IMG/VR virus record: IMGVR_UViG_3300033977_000098
Coordinates: 10,637 to 74,636 of that record
Direction: 5' to 3' (one strand)
From: a virus
Length of the DNA stretch: 64,000 nucleotides
The notes under the pieces are model-generated. The model saw nothing but the letters and a program-made list of their open reading frames with translations. It was not told the origin of the DNA and did not search any database. Positions within the stretch are counted from its first letter, which is position 1. Each line of letters opens with the position of its first letter. Positions 48,478-57,822 of this stretch are shown here, one piece after another. The position numbers and the translations under genes are program-made.

Positions 48478-49503
48478 ATGTTCTCCACTAGGGTCAAGCC
48501 CAAGCAACGAAAACCAATGATTCCCGTCCCAACTGACATAAACGCGGTAGTTGATTACCGTCAGGGTCCTTCGATCGTCGGAAAAGGAAACGGACGACAT
48601 GCCGGTATCAGCAAGCTCGACTTCGAACAACTCAGGGGTTTTGCCCTCGTACTCGTTTGTGCTGTCACATCTCTGCCTGCATGGTCCCAGGTGAATATTG
48701 GTACGACGTTGGTTGTTGGCTATTCCAAGGATAAGGTGATCATGGCGGCTGACAGCCGAGTTACCCACCTGGACGGCAGGGTGGAGGATGACCAATGTAA
48801 GATCGTTGCATTGGGCAAAAAACTGCTGTTCGGAGGTGTTGGCATTGAGGGATTTCGTTCCAGGACTCCCGTGCTTCATTCCTGGGAGGGCGTAGCTGAG
48901 GCCCGCCAGGCTTTCGCAAACGAAAAAGTCCGGAAGTCGGGAAGCGTGGAACTTATGTCGGCGTACTGGGCGCGTAGCATAAATAGCTATTTGGAAGAAC
49001 AGATTGCGCACAACCCGGAAGTCATCGTCCACTCGATAGAAGCTTACGGCTCTGTGCTTGTCTACGGGATTTTTGCTGGAAAGGATTCTAATGGCAGGCT
49101 TGTTTGCCTCCTTGTAATGGCAAGTTGTGATAACAAGCTTCCCCAGTTTCCTTGCACGGCAGACCTCATCAGGACAAATCGAGCGCGTCTCGCCGTGCAG
49201 AAAATTGACTTTCCGGTCCCCCAGACCAAAGTGAAGTTCGAGGCTTTTGGAGTTTCCTCCACGTTCCTGAAATTTGAAGACGCGCCGCAGAACCTCTCCG
49301 CCGATGACCTCAGAATTTGGAATAGTATTCCCCTGAGAAAGGCGATCAAAGATCCGGATGCACAGCGGGCGGTTAAATTCGTTGACCTGACGATTGCCTA
49401 TGATCCCCTCAAGCAAGGGGTCGGAGGGGATGTTGACGTGGTTGAACTGACAACTTGCGGCGTCAAATGGCTCAACCGCAAGCAAAACTGCCCAGCAGAC
49501 TAG
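48478..49503 (+). CDS. Proteasome beta/Ntn-hydrolase-like protein with hydrophobic leader; start uncertain
   Basis: FALVLVCAVTSLPAWSQ...G|TTLVVGY...MAADSRVT...CKI...GVGGDVDVV. Confidence 0.65.
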   Translation: MFSTRVKPKQRKPMIPVPTDINAVVDYRQGPSIVGKGNGRHAGISKLDFEQLRGFALVLVCAVTSLPAWSQVNIGTTLVVGYSKDKVIMAADSRVTHLDGRVEDDQCKIVALGKKLLFGGVGIEGFRSRTPVLHSWEGVAEARQAFANEKVRKSGSVELMSAYWARSINSYLEEQIAHNPEVIVHSIEAYGSVLVYGIFAGKDSNGRLVCLLVMASCDNKLPQFPCTADLIRTNRARLAVQKIDFPVPQTKVKFEAFGVSSTFLKFEDAPQNLSADDLRIWNSIPLRKAIKDPDAQRAVKFVDLTIAYDPLKQGVGGDVDVVELTTCGVKWLNRKQNCPAD

Positions 49504-49645
49504 GAGCTCAAGTTTCCTTCGCGGAGGCGAGTGTGGTTCCCTGAACGCCTGGCATTGGACCCCAAGGGTCCGAGCAGCCTTGACGCACCTAATTTGACTC
49601 TTGCCTTTTGTCATTTGCCCTTTGCCTTGCTCTTGACGAATCGAT

Positions 49646-50332
49646 TCATCGGTTCTCGGCGCTTTCTTTGTCTGCGCTGGCGGGAGCATCCGATGAGGGC
49701 ATCTGCTCCGGCCCCACTGGCGCTGGATTATCAGCGGCCACAGGCGGCGCCTCGCCTTCTCCCGCGCCCAGCAGCCTCTGAGGTGGCGGCACGATTTCCG
49801 ACATCCCGATGCCGAAAATTTCCTTCACCTGTGCCACTACTCTCTGTGCCCTGGCGTAATCGTCGGCGGCATCTACCACCGTAACCTCGCCTGCTTTCTC
49901 GGCGCTGCGGCGTTCCTTCATCTTCTGGCGGTGCTCTTCCGCGAAGAGGGCGAACCGCTTCTTCATCAGTGCCACCTTTTCGGTGTCGTTCGCGACTCTC
50001 TTGAAGGCAAGCAATTGCGTTGGGGTCATAGTCTGGAGAGCTTGCCAGAGCAAGGCGTTCACGCCGGCGCTCAAGCCGTCTTCGCCAATGAGGTCCGCGA
50101 AGAGCTTCATGGTCCTTTTCCGCTCTTCGAGCTTTTCCTTTTGCACCTTCCAGTGATGGTTCTTGTAGGTTTTGACGGCGTACCAGGAGATCTTTTCGCC
50201 GTAGTCGCGCACGATCATCTCCTGGACCTGCTTGAGAGTGGCAAACTCGTCAAACATCCTGTCCACAGCCTGTAAGAGGCCTTTGTGCTTGACGCTGAGA
50301 ATCTGTACCTTCGATGCGAAGTTTCGGGGCAC
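49646..50332 (-). CDS. Mu gp27/DUF3486-like small terminase candidate
   Basis: HTH-like N-terminus, AQVKEIFGI C-terminal motif, upstream of the Mu-like terL fragment. Confidence 0.5.
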   Translation of the reverse strand: MPRNFASKVQILSVKHKGLLQAVDRMFDEFATLKQVQEMIVRDYGEKISWYAVKTYKNHHWKVQKEKLEERKRTMKLFADLIGEDGLSAGVNALLWQALQTMTPTQLLAFKRVANDTEKVALMKKRFALFAEEHRQKMKERRSAEKAGEVTVVDAADDYARAQRVVAQVKEIFGIGMSEIVPPPQRLLGAGEGEAPPVAADNPAPVGPEQMPSSDAPASADKESAENR

Positions 50333-50350
50333 TTAATTGCTCTCCGCGAT

Positions 50351-50400
50351 TGTAGCGGCGCTCGATGAGCGCCGACGGCGGTCGTAGACCGCCGCTACAG
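50351..50400. repeat. REP-like palindrome
   Basis: tgtagcggcgctcgatgagcgccg...cggcggtcgtagaccgccgctaca; related copies near 50875-50915 and 51167-51187. Confidence 0.7.
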
Positions 50401-50545
50401 AGGTCGCTCTTCGCTCGCCAATTCGCCGATGGCGATCAGAGCCGCCGACCTCTCCCGAATCGGCGCCGCTTTCACCTCGAGGGCGAGGCCGGGGAACTGT
50501 CCGTCCAGTTTTTCGACGTCGGTCCGCTTCAGGACTTTGCGCTTT

Positions 50546-50863
50546 TTAGCCAAGGCACGCCTCTCCTCTGCCTGTGGTCCGTCGCGTTCCGCTTTGAGCC
50601 TTGCGAGCTCTCTTGCGCTCCACCTCTTCCGCGGCGAGGGCCTCTAACCTCCGCCGCAAGCGGGCCTCCCGCTGGCGCACCCAACGCCGGCAGCGATAAC
50701 TCGATACCAAACTTTCCGCCACCGGAACGTTGTAGCGGCCCTCGAGGCGGCTGGCGATCGCCAGCGCCGTAACGCCCTGCTCGAACCACGCATTCACCTG
50801 GGCCGCGAGACCCGGAAAGCGCTGGTCGAGTTTTTCAATCAACGTCAACGGTTCTCTGCCCAT
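50546..50863 (-). CDS. Short paralog of the 49646-50332 N-terminal domain
   Basis: FPGLAAQVNAWFEQG...SYRCRRW. Confidence 0.55.
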   Translation of the reverse strand: MGREPLTLIEKLDQRFPGLAAQVNAWFEQGVTALAIASRLEGRYNVPVAESLVSSYRCRRWVRQREARLRRRLEALAAEEVERKRARKAQSGTRRTTGRGEACLG

Positions 50864-51168
50864 TCAGCCCTCTAAGCGGCGCTCTCGGAGCGCCGACGGC
50901 GGTCATAGCCCAACGCTGTCCAAATTAGAGATCGATCATCACGATGATCTGGGCTTCGCCCTCTGCTGTGCGGAAGGGCTCTGCCCTTCCGGCCTAACTC
51001 CCCCACTTGTTCCTGAATCTGCGTCGCGGGAAGGCATGGCCTTCCGGCGACGCAGATCGGGTTGGTGGGCGGGGTCGCCTGACGGAAAGGCGCAGCCTTT
51101 CCGCACAGCGGGGCGGCGAAGCCGCAGGTCATGGCCGACCGAGCGGAGCGGAATTTGGACAAGCCTGG

Positions 51169-51447
51169 TCATAGACCGCCGCCACAGAGGTCGTTCCTCG
51201 CTTGCCAATTCCTGGGAGGTGTGCGGGCCGCCTTCCTCGCCGGAATCTGCTCCCGCCGCGCCGCCCAATCCCGGGTCTTGTATCTCCAAATGGCGACGAT
51301 CGAGATACCCTCGCCGTAGTGGGAGAGGATCCTTTCCTGGACGGCTTGGAGCGTCGCCCCGGCGTCGAACCTCGCATCTACCTCTTGACGCAGGCCGGGG
51401 TGCCGGACGTCGAGCTCGAGAATTTTCTTGAGGCTATCACGTGGCAT
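51169..51447 (-). CDS. Short paralog of the 49646-50332 N-terminal domain
   Basis: HPGLRQEVDARFDAG...RYKTRDW. Confidence 0.55.
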   Translation of the reverse strand: MPRDSLKKILELDVRHPGLRQEVDARFDAGATLQAVQERILSHYGEGISIVAIWRYKTRDWAARREQIPARKAARTPPRNWQARNDLCGGGL

Positions 51448-51468
51448 TTCTTTCCCCCTCCTGGGGGG

Positions 51469-51625
51469 ATCGGGTCATCGGGTCATCGGGCCTACGCCCA
51501 CCGAAGGGCTTCGGCCCGCAGGCGGGTCATCGGGTCATCGAGCCATCGAGCCATTTAAGAGCCATGCGATCTACCGATCGCCAGATGGCCCGATGGCCAG
51601 ATCACCCGATGGCGCGATCGCCAGA
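51469..51625. repeat. Octamer tandem repeats (ATCGGGTC/ATCGAGCC-like) with inverted copies
   Basis: atcgggtcatcgggtcatcggg...ccgatcgccagatggcccgatggccagat; similar tract at 47196-47223. Confidence 0.75.
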
Positions 51626-51931
51626 TTATCTGGGCCCGCTGAGCTGCTTGACCCGGCGGTCGTATTCATCGACGCCATCGGCGGTGATGCGCACCCAGAG
51701 GATGGCTTCGGGCTGGCCAACCTGCTTCTCCACGCCCAGCTCGACCCATTTCCGGTCGTGCATGTAGCGCAGGTGGAACTCGATGGCTTCCAAGGTCACG
51801 GGGCGGAGGCAGTCGTCCAGATAGACCATGATGCTCCGCGGGGTGACGGGCTGAAGCCCGCATTCGTTCAGGTAACGGAGAATTTCCGTCCGGTCGAGCT
51901 CGTGTTCAACCTTGCTTTTCGTCTTCGGCAT
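51626..51931 (-). CDS. Mu gp26-like winged-helix protein
   Basis: RTEILRYL...HLRYMHDRKWVEL...VRITADGVD. Confidence 0.55.
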   Translation of the reverse strand: MPKTKSKVEHELDRTEILRYLNECGLQPVTPRSIMVYLDDCLRPVTLEAIEFHLRYMHDRKWVELGVEKQVGQPEAILWVRITADGVDEYDRRVKQLSGPR

Positions 51932-52259
51932 GGCAGCAGAAGCCCTCAATCTTTCGTGACATGATTCGCAGCTCACGGCCGATCTCCTGGCGTTCCACCG
52001 TGATTTTTTGAATGTCCTCGCGGGTGGCGGTCAGCATGGCTTTGAGCTCGACCACCATGGCGCCCACCGCGTTGTGCATCTCCGAGGCTTGGGCCGAGCG
52101 TTCCAGCGCGTCCGCGCCGCGCTCCAGGCTGACGGGAATCTGCGCCACATGGCGCGCGGCTCCGGAGAAGAGCCGGTAGGCGCCCACCCCCGCCATGCTG
52201 GTGCCCAAGAAACCGCCGGCGCCGAGCATCCAGGCTTGAATTTCGCTGGCAGAAATCAT
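51906..52259 (-). CDS. Membrane-anchored coiled-coil phage protein
   Basis: N-terminal TM plus coil, Mu-like late gene order. Confidence 0.45.
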   Translation of the reverse strand: MISASEIQAWMLGAGGFLGTSMAGVGAYRLFSGAARHVAQIPVSLERGADALERSAQASEMHNAVGAMVVELKAMLTATREDIQKITVERQEIGRELRIMSRKIEGFCCHAEDEKQG

Positions 52260-52314
52260 GTGAATTTCCGGAAGCTAGAAGCTAGGAGCGAGAAGCGAGA
52301 AGACGCTTCCATTC

Positions 52315-52668
52315 TCACTTCTTGCTCCTCACTTCTAACTCCTTGCTCGGCACCAGGTGCCGCCAGAAGCCTTCGTAAAAAACATGCTGGCCGCCAAACT
52401 GCATGGCCGCGGACACGAGCAAGGTCACCAGCCCGCGCGCCAACGTCGCGCCCTCCGGCCAGGTGATCGTCAAGCTGTGCGGCGCATGCACGACCGCAAT
52501 TCCCGTTGAGGTCGCGAGAGCCACGGCGGCGCTGGTGACGACTGAAATCAGCGGCTTGCGTTGGTCGATCCAAGTGAGCGCCTGCGCTTGGCTCCGCTTG
52601 GCGAGCTGGATCAGGAACGGGGTGAGGAACGTGATCAGCGCCTGCACTTGCAGCGATTGCGTGTCCAT
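52315..52668 (-). CDS. Holin-like membrane protein
   Basis: Two to three hydrophobic segments; GGAG RBS before MDTQS. Confidence 0.45.
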   Translation of the reverse strand: MDTQSLQVQALITFLTPFLIQLAKRSQAQALTWIDQRKPLISVVTSAAVALATSTGIAVVHAPHSLTITWPEGATLARGLVTLLVSAAMQFGGQHVFYEGFWRHLVPSKELEVRSKK

Positions 52669-52756
52669 GGTTTCTCCAGTTTTCAGCAGCGCGCTCTTCA
52701 ACCGTCGCGGCGGAAGAACCGCAGACCTTGCGGAACAGGTCTGCGCTACAACACCC

Positions 52757-53110
52757 TCACTGCAACGCGTACTTTTCATAGCCGGACCGGGCAAGCACTC
52801 CATTGAAGTCCTGCTTGAACTGCTTCACCGAGCGGCGCTGGGCAGGCGTGGCAATACGCTTAGCCCGTTGCGCTCTCGCTGGCGGAGCCGCCGGAGCGGG
52901 CAAGGCGGCGGCAAACCCGCTGAGGGTCGAGATAATGACGCCCAACAATCCCTCGATCAGCGCGGCCAGCTTCGCATCGGGAATCTTGAGGGCGTTCCAG
53001 AACTGCTGCACGGAGTCCTCGGCGGCGGTGAGCGCGGTCGCGATCTTGCCGGCCAAGGTGGTTTTGTTGGCGGCGGGCGCTGCGTCGTAGGCCGAAATGG
53101 CGCTGGCAAC
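52757..53110 (-). pseudogene. 5'-truncated Ala-rich phage protein
   Basis: Frame ASAISAYDAAPAANKTTLAGKIATAL... has no clear start and merges with the upstream zinc-finger ORF. Confidence 0.4.
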
Positions 53111-53498
53111 GCCGGCAAATCCCGGAGCGGTTATATTTGGCGAGAAGGTTCTTGCGGCAGAGTTTGCAGCGCCTGCGCGTCATCACTGGGCCCCCCAGGA
53201 GGCCATTCCGCCGCGCCGCATCCGCTTGCTTTTTCGTCGTGCGCTTGCCGAAGCACGCGGGGCACGCCAGTGCGCCCGGCCCTGGCAACGCCGAGGGGGG
53301 TTTCAAGTGCATCTCGACTTGGCACCAAATGCACAGCCCTGATAGGTTCCGTTTCGCCAAGCGGCGTTTCTTGCAGCGCGTACACCGGCGATGTGACAGC
53401 GCGCCCCAGCGATGGACCAGCTTGCAGCCGTGGATTGGACAGAGTGCAAGTCCTGGATCTCCGTCCGCGTCACGGTGAATAGAAGAAGTTTGCTTCAT
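52860..53498 (-). CDS. Multi-CxxC zinc-finger protein; tail probably read-through across a junction
   Basis: CPIH, CTRC, CIWC, CPAC, CKLC, CRRC. Confidence 0.5.
   Translation of the reverse strand: MKQTSSIHRDADGDPGLALCPIHGCKLVHRWGALSHRRCTRCKKRRLAKRNLSGLCIWCQVEMHLKPPSALPGPGALACPACFGKRTTKKQADAARRNGLLGGPVMTRRRCKLCRKNLLAKYNRSGICRRCQRHFGLRRSARRQQNHLGRQDRDRAHRRRGLRAAVLERPQDSRCEAGRADRGIVGRHYLDPQRVCRRLARSGGSASESATG
53443..53479 (+). repeat. 37-bp exact direct repeat, copy 2
   Basis: Identical to 27956-27992. Confidence 0.9.
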
Positions 53499-54104
53499 TT
53501 CATCCGATAAAAATTGACTGGCGTGGCCCGCATCCTGCGCAACTCATTGCGTGTGGCTTCCCAGGCCATTAGCCGTAGTTCATGGTGTGAATGCGGCCGG
53601 TGCACGCCTGCCGAACACAGCGGTCCGTCTGGGAAGTCGATCCTTTTGATTCGCTCCCAGTGCTTGCGGAATATGGCTCGCTTCAAGGCGGGTGCGCTCA
53701 CTGGACCATGGGCCTCCCATGCGGCATGGTTTTTTGTGTGGCCGGTTCGTGGAAGGGGCACATCCGGCACAGCGTTAAGTCATTGAGCTGGGCTGCTTGG
53801 ACGTTGCCTTCACATTCCGGGAACCCCACCCGAATCCCTAGATTCGCCATTTTGAGTATGTCGGGACTCTTGCAGACCAGCGTGAATGGCTGAATGGGAG
53901 CTGCCACGGCCACGGGCTCAAACGGCGGTGTGTGGGGACCGACGACCTTATCCTTCGGAATTGGCATGAGCTTTTGGCTATAGGCGAAAGCGAATGCCGT
54001 CTCTAGAAACCTACATTCTGAAGCCTCTTGAGGGGACCGCAGGGCCGCCCCGCGCAGCCATCCTAACTTTTTCTCGCCAATTTCCGCCTCGCCCATTGTG
54101 CTCC

Positions 54105-54431
54105 TCAGTGTATCACGAACAGTTTCTTGTCCCGGGCCCCTGCCTCGTATTCCTGCCGCGTGGCCCGGTGCCACTGGCCGTTGCCGTCCTTGGTGATGTG
54201 CAACTCGCCCTCACCCGCCTCGCCGTGGAAATATGCCTCCATCTGCCCGTCCATCATCTTCAGCAGCGCTTCAGACGCTTCCAATTGGAGGTAGATTTCA
54301 CCCGGCCAGGGCTGAGCATCGTTGTGCAGAATACGTTCTTCGCGGATGATGTTATAAATTAGGGCGGGAACTTTCCCCTGCGCCATCGGTAGGCCGACTA
54401 CGACCTTCACCACGGTCTGCATGGCGCACAA
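54105..54431 (-). CDS. Hypothetical phage protein
   Basis: Operonic ORF, protein-like composition. Confidence 0.45.
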   Translation of the reverse strand: MCAMQTVVKVVVGLPMAQGKVPALIYNIIREERILHNDAQPWPGEIYLQLEASEALLKMMDGQMEAYFHGEAGEGELHITKDGNGQWHRATRQEYEAGARDKKLFVIH

Positions 54432-54454
54432 TGTAACATGCTAAGGTGGGTACG

Positions 54455-55930
54455 TCAAGCCTGCTTCTGGAAAAAGAGGATGTCCTCCCATCTTACCGCC
54501 AGCTCCGGATGCTTGCGTATGTGCAGCCGCTTGAAAAACGAGAACCGCTCACGTCGAATTCGCTTGTGCGCACCGACCATCACGGACAGTGGATTGCCTT
54601 CCTCGTCGGTGGTCTGGTAGTCTAGTTTCATGCCGGTCTGTTCACCTAAATCCTCGGAAAGCATGGCGCGCACGCGCTCGACCAACCGAAAACCCACAGC
54701 TTCGCAAAGCCGGATCGTGTCGTCATCGAGTCGGCGAATCTTGCCAGCTTTCACGGGGTTCTTGGTAACAAGGGCCACGACGCCACCTGGCCTCAGAACG
54801 GTGTGGACTTCCCCATAGACTTGCAGCATCGCCGCTAGGTACGTGCCCGGAGCCTGCTCATCTGGCAGGTTGGCAAGTTGCGCCTGAGTGTCGCGGCTGT
54901 ATTGATGTCCCCATTTACCCTTGCCTGCCATCTTGTGGCCACCGCGACCAACCCATCGGGCTTGGCCGCGTCTGGCCTGGGTATTGTCTTGCGACTCTGC
55001 GATGTGCGTCCCACCGTATGGAGGGCTGGAAAGTACGCCGTCGATCACGCACTCGATGTCGCCCTTAGGGTCGCGTAGGTTTCCGATCTGGGCAGGGTTG
55101 TGTCCATGGACATCCGGTTTGTATTGCCGATCAGCAAGTTTGGCGTCATTGAAGTGTCCAGTCTTGCAAATGCCTCCGCCAGTGAGCGCTTCGCTATAGG
55201 GCGGGCTAGTGACCGCCGCGTCGTAATTCTCGGCTATTTTATGCTGAGCATGTGGACCAGAAGGTTTCGCCTCTTTTGCCGCGTCGATCCCAGAGGGATT
55301 TCGAAGGGATTCAGCATACGGTGGAGAACTCACGACGCCGCTGTAGTTTCCTTGCTCACGCTCAATGCATTCCTCAAACCGACGACGAATCACTTCCTCA
55401 GAATCGGTCCCGAACTTCTGCCCTTTCTGAACCTGCCTTTGCTGGTCTTGCTTGTAGCCGGCGATCGCCTCGTTATGTTTCCTTTGTTTCCAAAGCTGGC
55501 GAAGCGTCGATCGAATGCTCATGGGCATGGTCTGGTCAACGTAGGGCGGAGAAGTAATCGCCGCGTCCGCACTCGCCAGCACTTGTCTCAGCCAGCGCGC
55601 GTCGCCTTGCACGACCACGGGCGCCGGCGCTCCTGGCATTTTCGTCCTCAGTAATTCGATGTTGGCTTTCGCCATTTCCACGAAATGACTCTCTAACTCG
55701 ATACCCAGCACCTTATAGCCTAATGTAGCCCCCACGATCCCCGTCGTGAATATGCCTGCCATCGGGTCAAGCACAGTGTCGCCTGGTTTGAGCCATCCTC
55801 TCCGGCTCATGTGCTCGAATATCCGGTAGCACAGCCCGACCGCCATCTTCGCTGGATGCCGGTTGCTCTCCACCGTGAACAAGTCGCCACGGTTGCCGTA
55901 GCAGCCGGTCCACATCAGGATCTCGCCCAT
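54455..55930 (-). CDS. Amino (N4C/N6A) DNA methyltransferase with four SPPY motifs
   Basis: HPAKM, VLDPMAGIFTT, GIELE, ITSPPY / VSSPPY / VTSPPY / LSSPPY, VLRPGG. Confidence 0.85.
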   Translation of the reverse strand: MGEILMWTGCYGNRGDLFTVESNRHPAKMAVGLCYRIFEHMSRRGWLKPGDTVLDPMAGIFTTGIVGATLGYKVLGIELESHFVEMAKANIELLRTKMPGAPAPVVVQGDARWLRQVLASADAAITSPPYVDQTMPMSIRSTLRQLWKQRKHNEAIAGYKQDQQRQVQKGQKFGTDSEEVIRRRFEECIEREQGNYSGVVSSPPYAESLRNPSGIDAAKEAKPSGPHAQHKIAENYDAAVTSPPYSEALTGGGICKTGHFNDAKLADRQYKPDVHGHNPAQIGNLRDPKGDIECVIDGVLSSPPYGGTHIAESQDNTQARRGQARWVGRGGHKMAGKGKWGHQYSRDTQAQLANLPDEQAPGTYLAAMLQVYGEVHTVLRPGGVVALVTKNPVKAGKIRRLDDDTIRLCEAVGFRLVERVRAMLSEDLGEQTGMKLDYQTTDEEGNPLSVMVGAHKRIRRERFSFFKRLHIRKHPELAVRWEDILFFQKQA

Positions 55931-56316
55931 TAGACCAATCCTCTCCGCTTCGCCTCGCCCATAGAGACGATGCTCAGCTCAATGCCCTCTTTCGTGTCGT
56001 TTGCCAGGATAGCTGGCATGTCCCCCGGGTACAGCGTCTCGATGGCGGCTATATCCCCGGGCGTAATTTTCAATTCCCGCGCCCCGAGCTTATGCATCAC
56101 TATAAGCGTTATTTTGTACCATTGCTCGCGCAGCCCCTTGACGGTCGGATGGTGTGGGTTGATCTCATCGGGATTGGCCTCTGCTTGGGCGAGTAGCGCT
56201 GCCCATTCCTGGCATTTGACCGCGTGGGCAGAGAAATCGTGCTTCGCCCGCATATCGCGGAGAGCTTCCAGGCAGGCTTTAAAGGCTTTCAGTAAGTCGT
56301 CTGTGGACAATTCCAT
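55930..56316 (-). CDS. Hypothetical phage protein
   Basis: GGAG RBS; TAATG coupling with the methyltransferase. Confidence 0.55.
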   Translation of the reverse strand: MELSTDDLLKAFKACLEALRDMRAKHDFSAHAVKCQEWAALLAQAEANPDEINPHHPTVKGLREQWYKITLIVMHKLGARELKITPGDIAAIETLYPGDMPAILANDTKEGIELSIVSMGEAKRRGLV

Positions 56317-56347
56317 AGATGTTCTCCTACGATGCCCCTAGCGGCGT

Positions 56348-56704
56348 CTAGGACTGGCCTGTATCAACGCTGGGCGGCAGGCAAGCCCGATGGCAGGCTC
56401 GGCGGGCTTGGCCCTCTGAACCGTCTCCAGAAACCACAGTGATTGTTGCAAACTTAAATTCCTGCCCTTTATTAACAGGCATACGGCATTGACCACAAAG
56501 GGTTTGGACTTTGGCGCAGGGGAATTTGTCCTTGATCTCCGCTGCCAAATAGCTCCCTGGGCTCTTTGCGTTGATGAGCCCCTGCCACTTTACTTCGGGA
56601 ACGTCTCTGTAACGGTAGGTGCTCGCATTCTTGAACAGGATCGTTAGGATGTGATTTCCAGGTAGGTACTCCACGTCCATTAAATTACTACTCTGCACGA
56701 CCAT
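56348..56704 (-). CDS. KTSC domain protein with zinc-finger tail
   Basis: VQSSNLMDVEY...LTILFKNASTYRYRDVP...AKSPGSY. Confidence 0.85.
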   Translation of the reverse strand: MVVQSSNLMDVEYLPGNHILTILFKNASTYRYRDVPEVKWQGLINAKSPGSYLAAEIKDKFPCAKVQTLCGQCRMPVNKGQEFKFATITVVSGDGSEGQARRACHRACLPPSVDTGQS

Positions 56705-57176
56705 TTTTCCTCCAATACAGCCTGCGGTCTCTATGTTCATGCCGATGGCACGGGGCGCAGGCCGCCACGCTGTTTTCTTCTGAGATTTCCCCACCCTTGC
56801 TTCGCGGTACCTTCTCATGGAGATGGAAGGAGCACCAAGTAATATAGTTCTCACAAGATTCGCTCTTTCGCACCTCACACCATCCTCGGCTGCGGCGGAA
56901 AATGGTGATGCGGATGGCGGTCACGGCTCGAGCCCGCGCCATAAAGACCCAGCACCTCGAAACGGCTTGATTGGCGCCTCCGGGCGGGACGCCGCTTTGC
57001 GCTGCGGCTTTCACTGACCGAAAGATGCGCACCGGCCAGTCATCCCTGAGCTCTACTGGTACCAGCAGTCGATGGGCGCGCATCGGCCGGCAGTTGCGGC
57101 GCATAGAACTGCGCTGCCTACGCATAAAGCTTGTTCGATGGAGCCGAGTGTGTCGTTGGAGGGAGCTACGCTTCAT
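56688..57176 (-). CDS. HNH endonuclease
   Basis: CEV...HLHEKVPRSKGG...ENSVAACAPCH. Confidence 0.75.
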   Translation of the reverse strand: MKRSSLQRHTRLHRTSFMRRQRSSMRRNCRPMRAHRLLVPVELRDDWPVRIFRSVKAAAQSGVPPGGANQAVSRCWVFMARARAVTAIRITIFRRSRGWCEVRKSESCENYITWCSFHLHEKVPRSKGGEISEENSVAACAPCHRHEHRDRRLYWRKNGRAE

Positions 57177-57372
57177 TTCACCCGCTTTCCTCGCCACCGC
57201 GCTTTGGTGCCGCGCACGCGCGCTTCCTGGAACTGTGAGGTTAGTTTAGGGTCGTCAATCCCGATGAGAGTAAAAGGGTTTTTGAGGGATTTAGGGTCGA
57301 ACACGCCCTGGGCGACGCCTGGCGGGCAGCGCGTAAGACCATGGGTCCGGATCCATTCCATCTGTTCGACTG

Positions 57373-57822
57373 TCACAGTCTACCTGGCGTCGTACCAAGG
57401 ATCTCGTCCATCATAGACTTATTACACATCTTTGTCAGGTCCGAACATTTTTCGAGTGGCACGCCATTTCTCAGGCGGCTTCGCACTAAGTCGATCACTT
57501 CTTGCCGCCACCGGGCCTTTTCCTCTTCCGTCCAGGAACTATTGAAGCCCGCCCCTTTTGTCTCCTGTGAAGGCTCCAAGTCCTCAAACCGTCGCTGATT
57601 TAAGAAAGTCGATAGGTGAGGAATATAGCCCGCGCGCCAATTTTTGGTGCCCTCATGCTGGTAGATGGAAGCAATGATGAGTTCTACATCCCCAGGTTGG
57701 GGTTTCAGTCGTTCGAAACACCGGAAGGCGTAGGCTTTCCCGTGGCGCATCTGCGGAGGGCACGCAGCCCAAAGCTTCTCGAAGTTCGAGGAGTAAAGAA
57801 TTTTTAGCATTTGGGGCTCCAA
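57373..57822 (-). CDS. Phage replication-initiator-like domain
   Basis: FEKLWAACP...GKAYAFRCF...YIPHLSTFLNQRRFED. Confidence 0.6.
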   Translation of the reverse strand: MEPQMLKILYSSNFEKLWAACPPQMRHGKAYAFRCFERLKPQPGDVELIIASIYQHEGTKNWRAGYIPHLSTFLNQRRFEDLEPSQETKGAGFNSSWTEEEKARWRQEVIDLVRSRLRNGVPLEKCSDLTKMCNKSMMDEILGTTPGRL

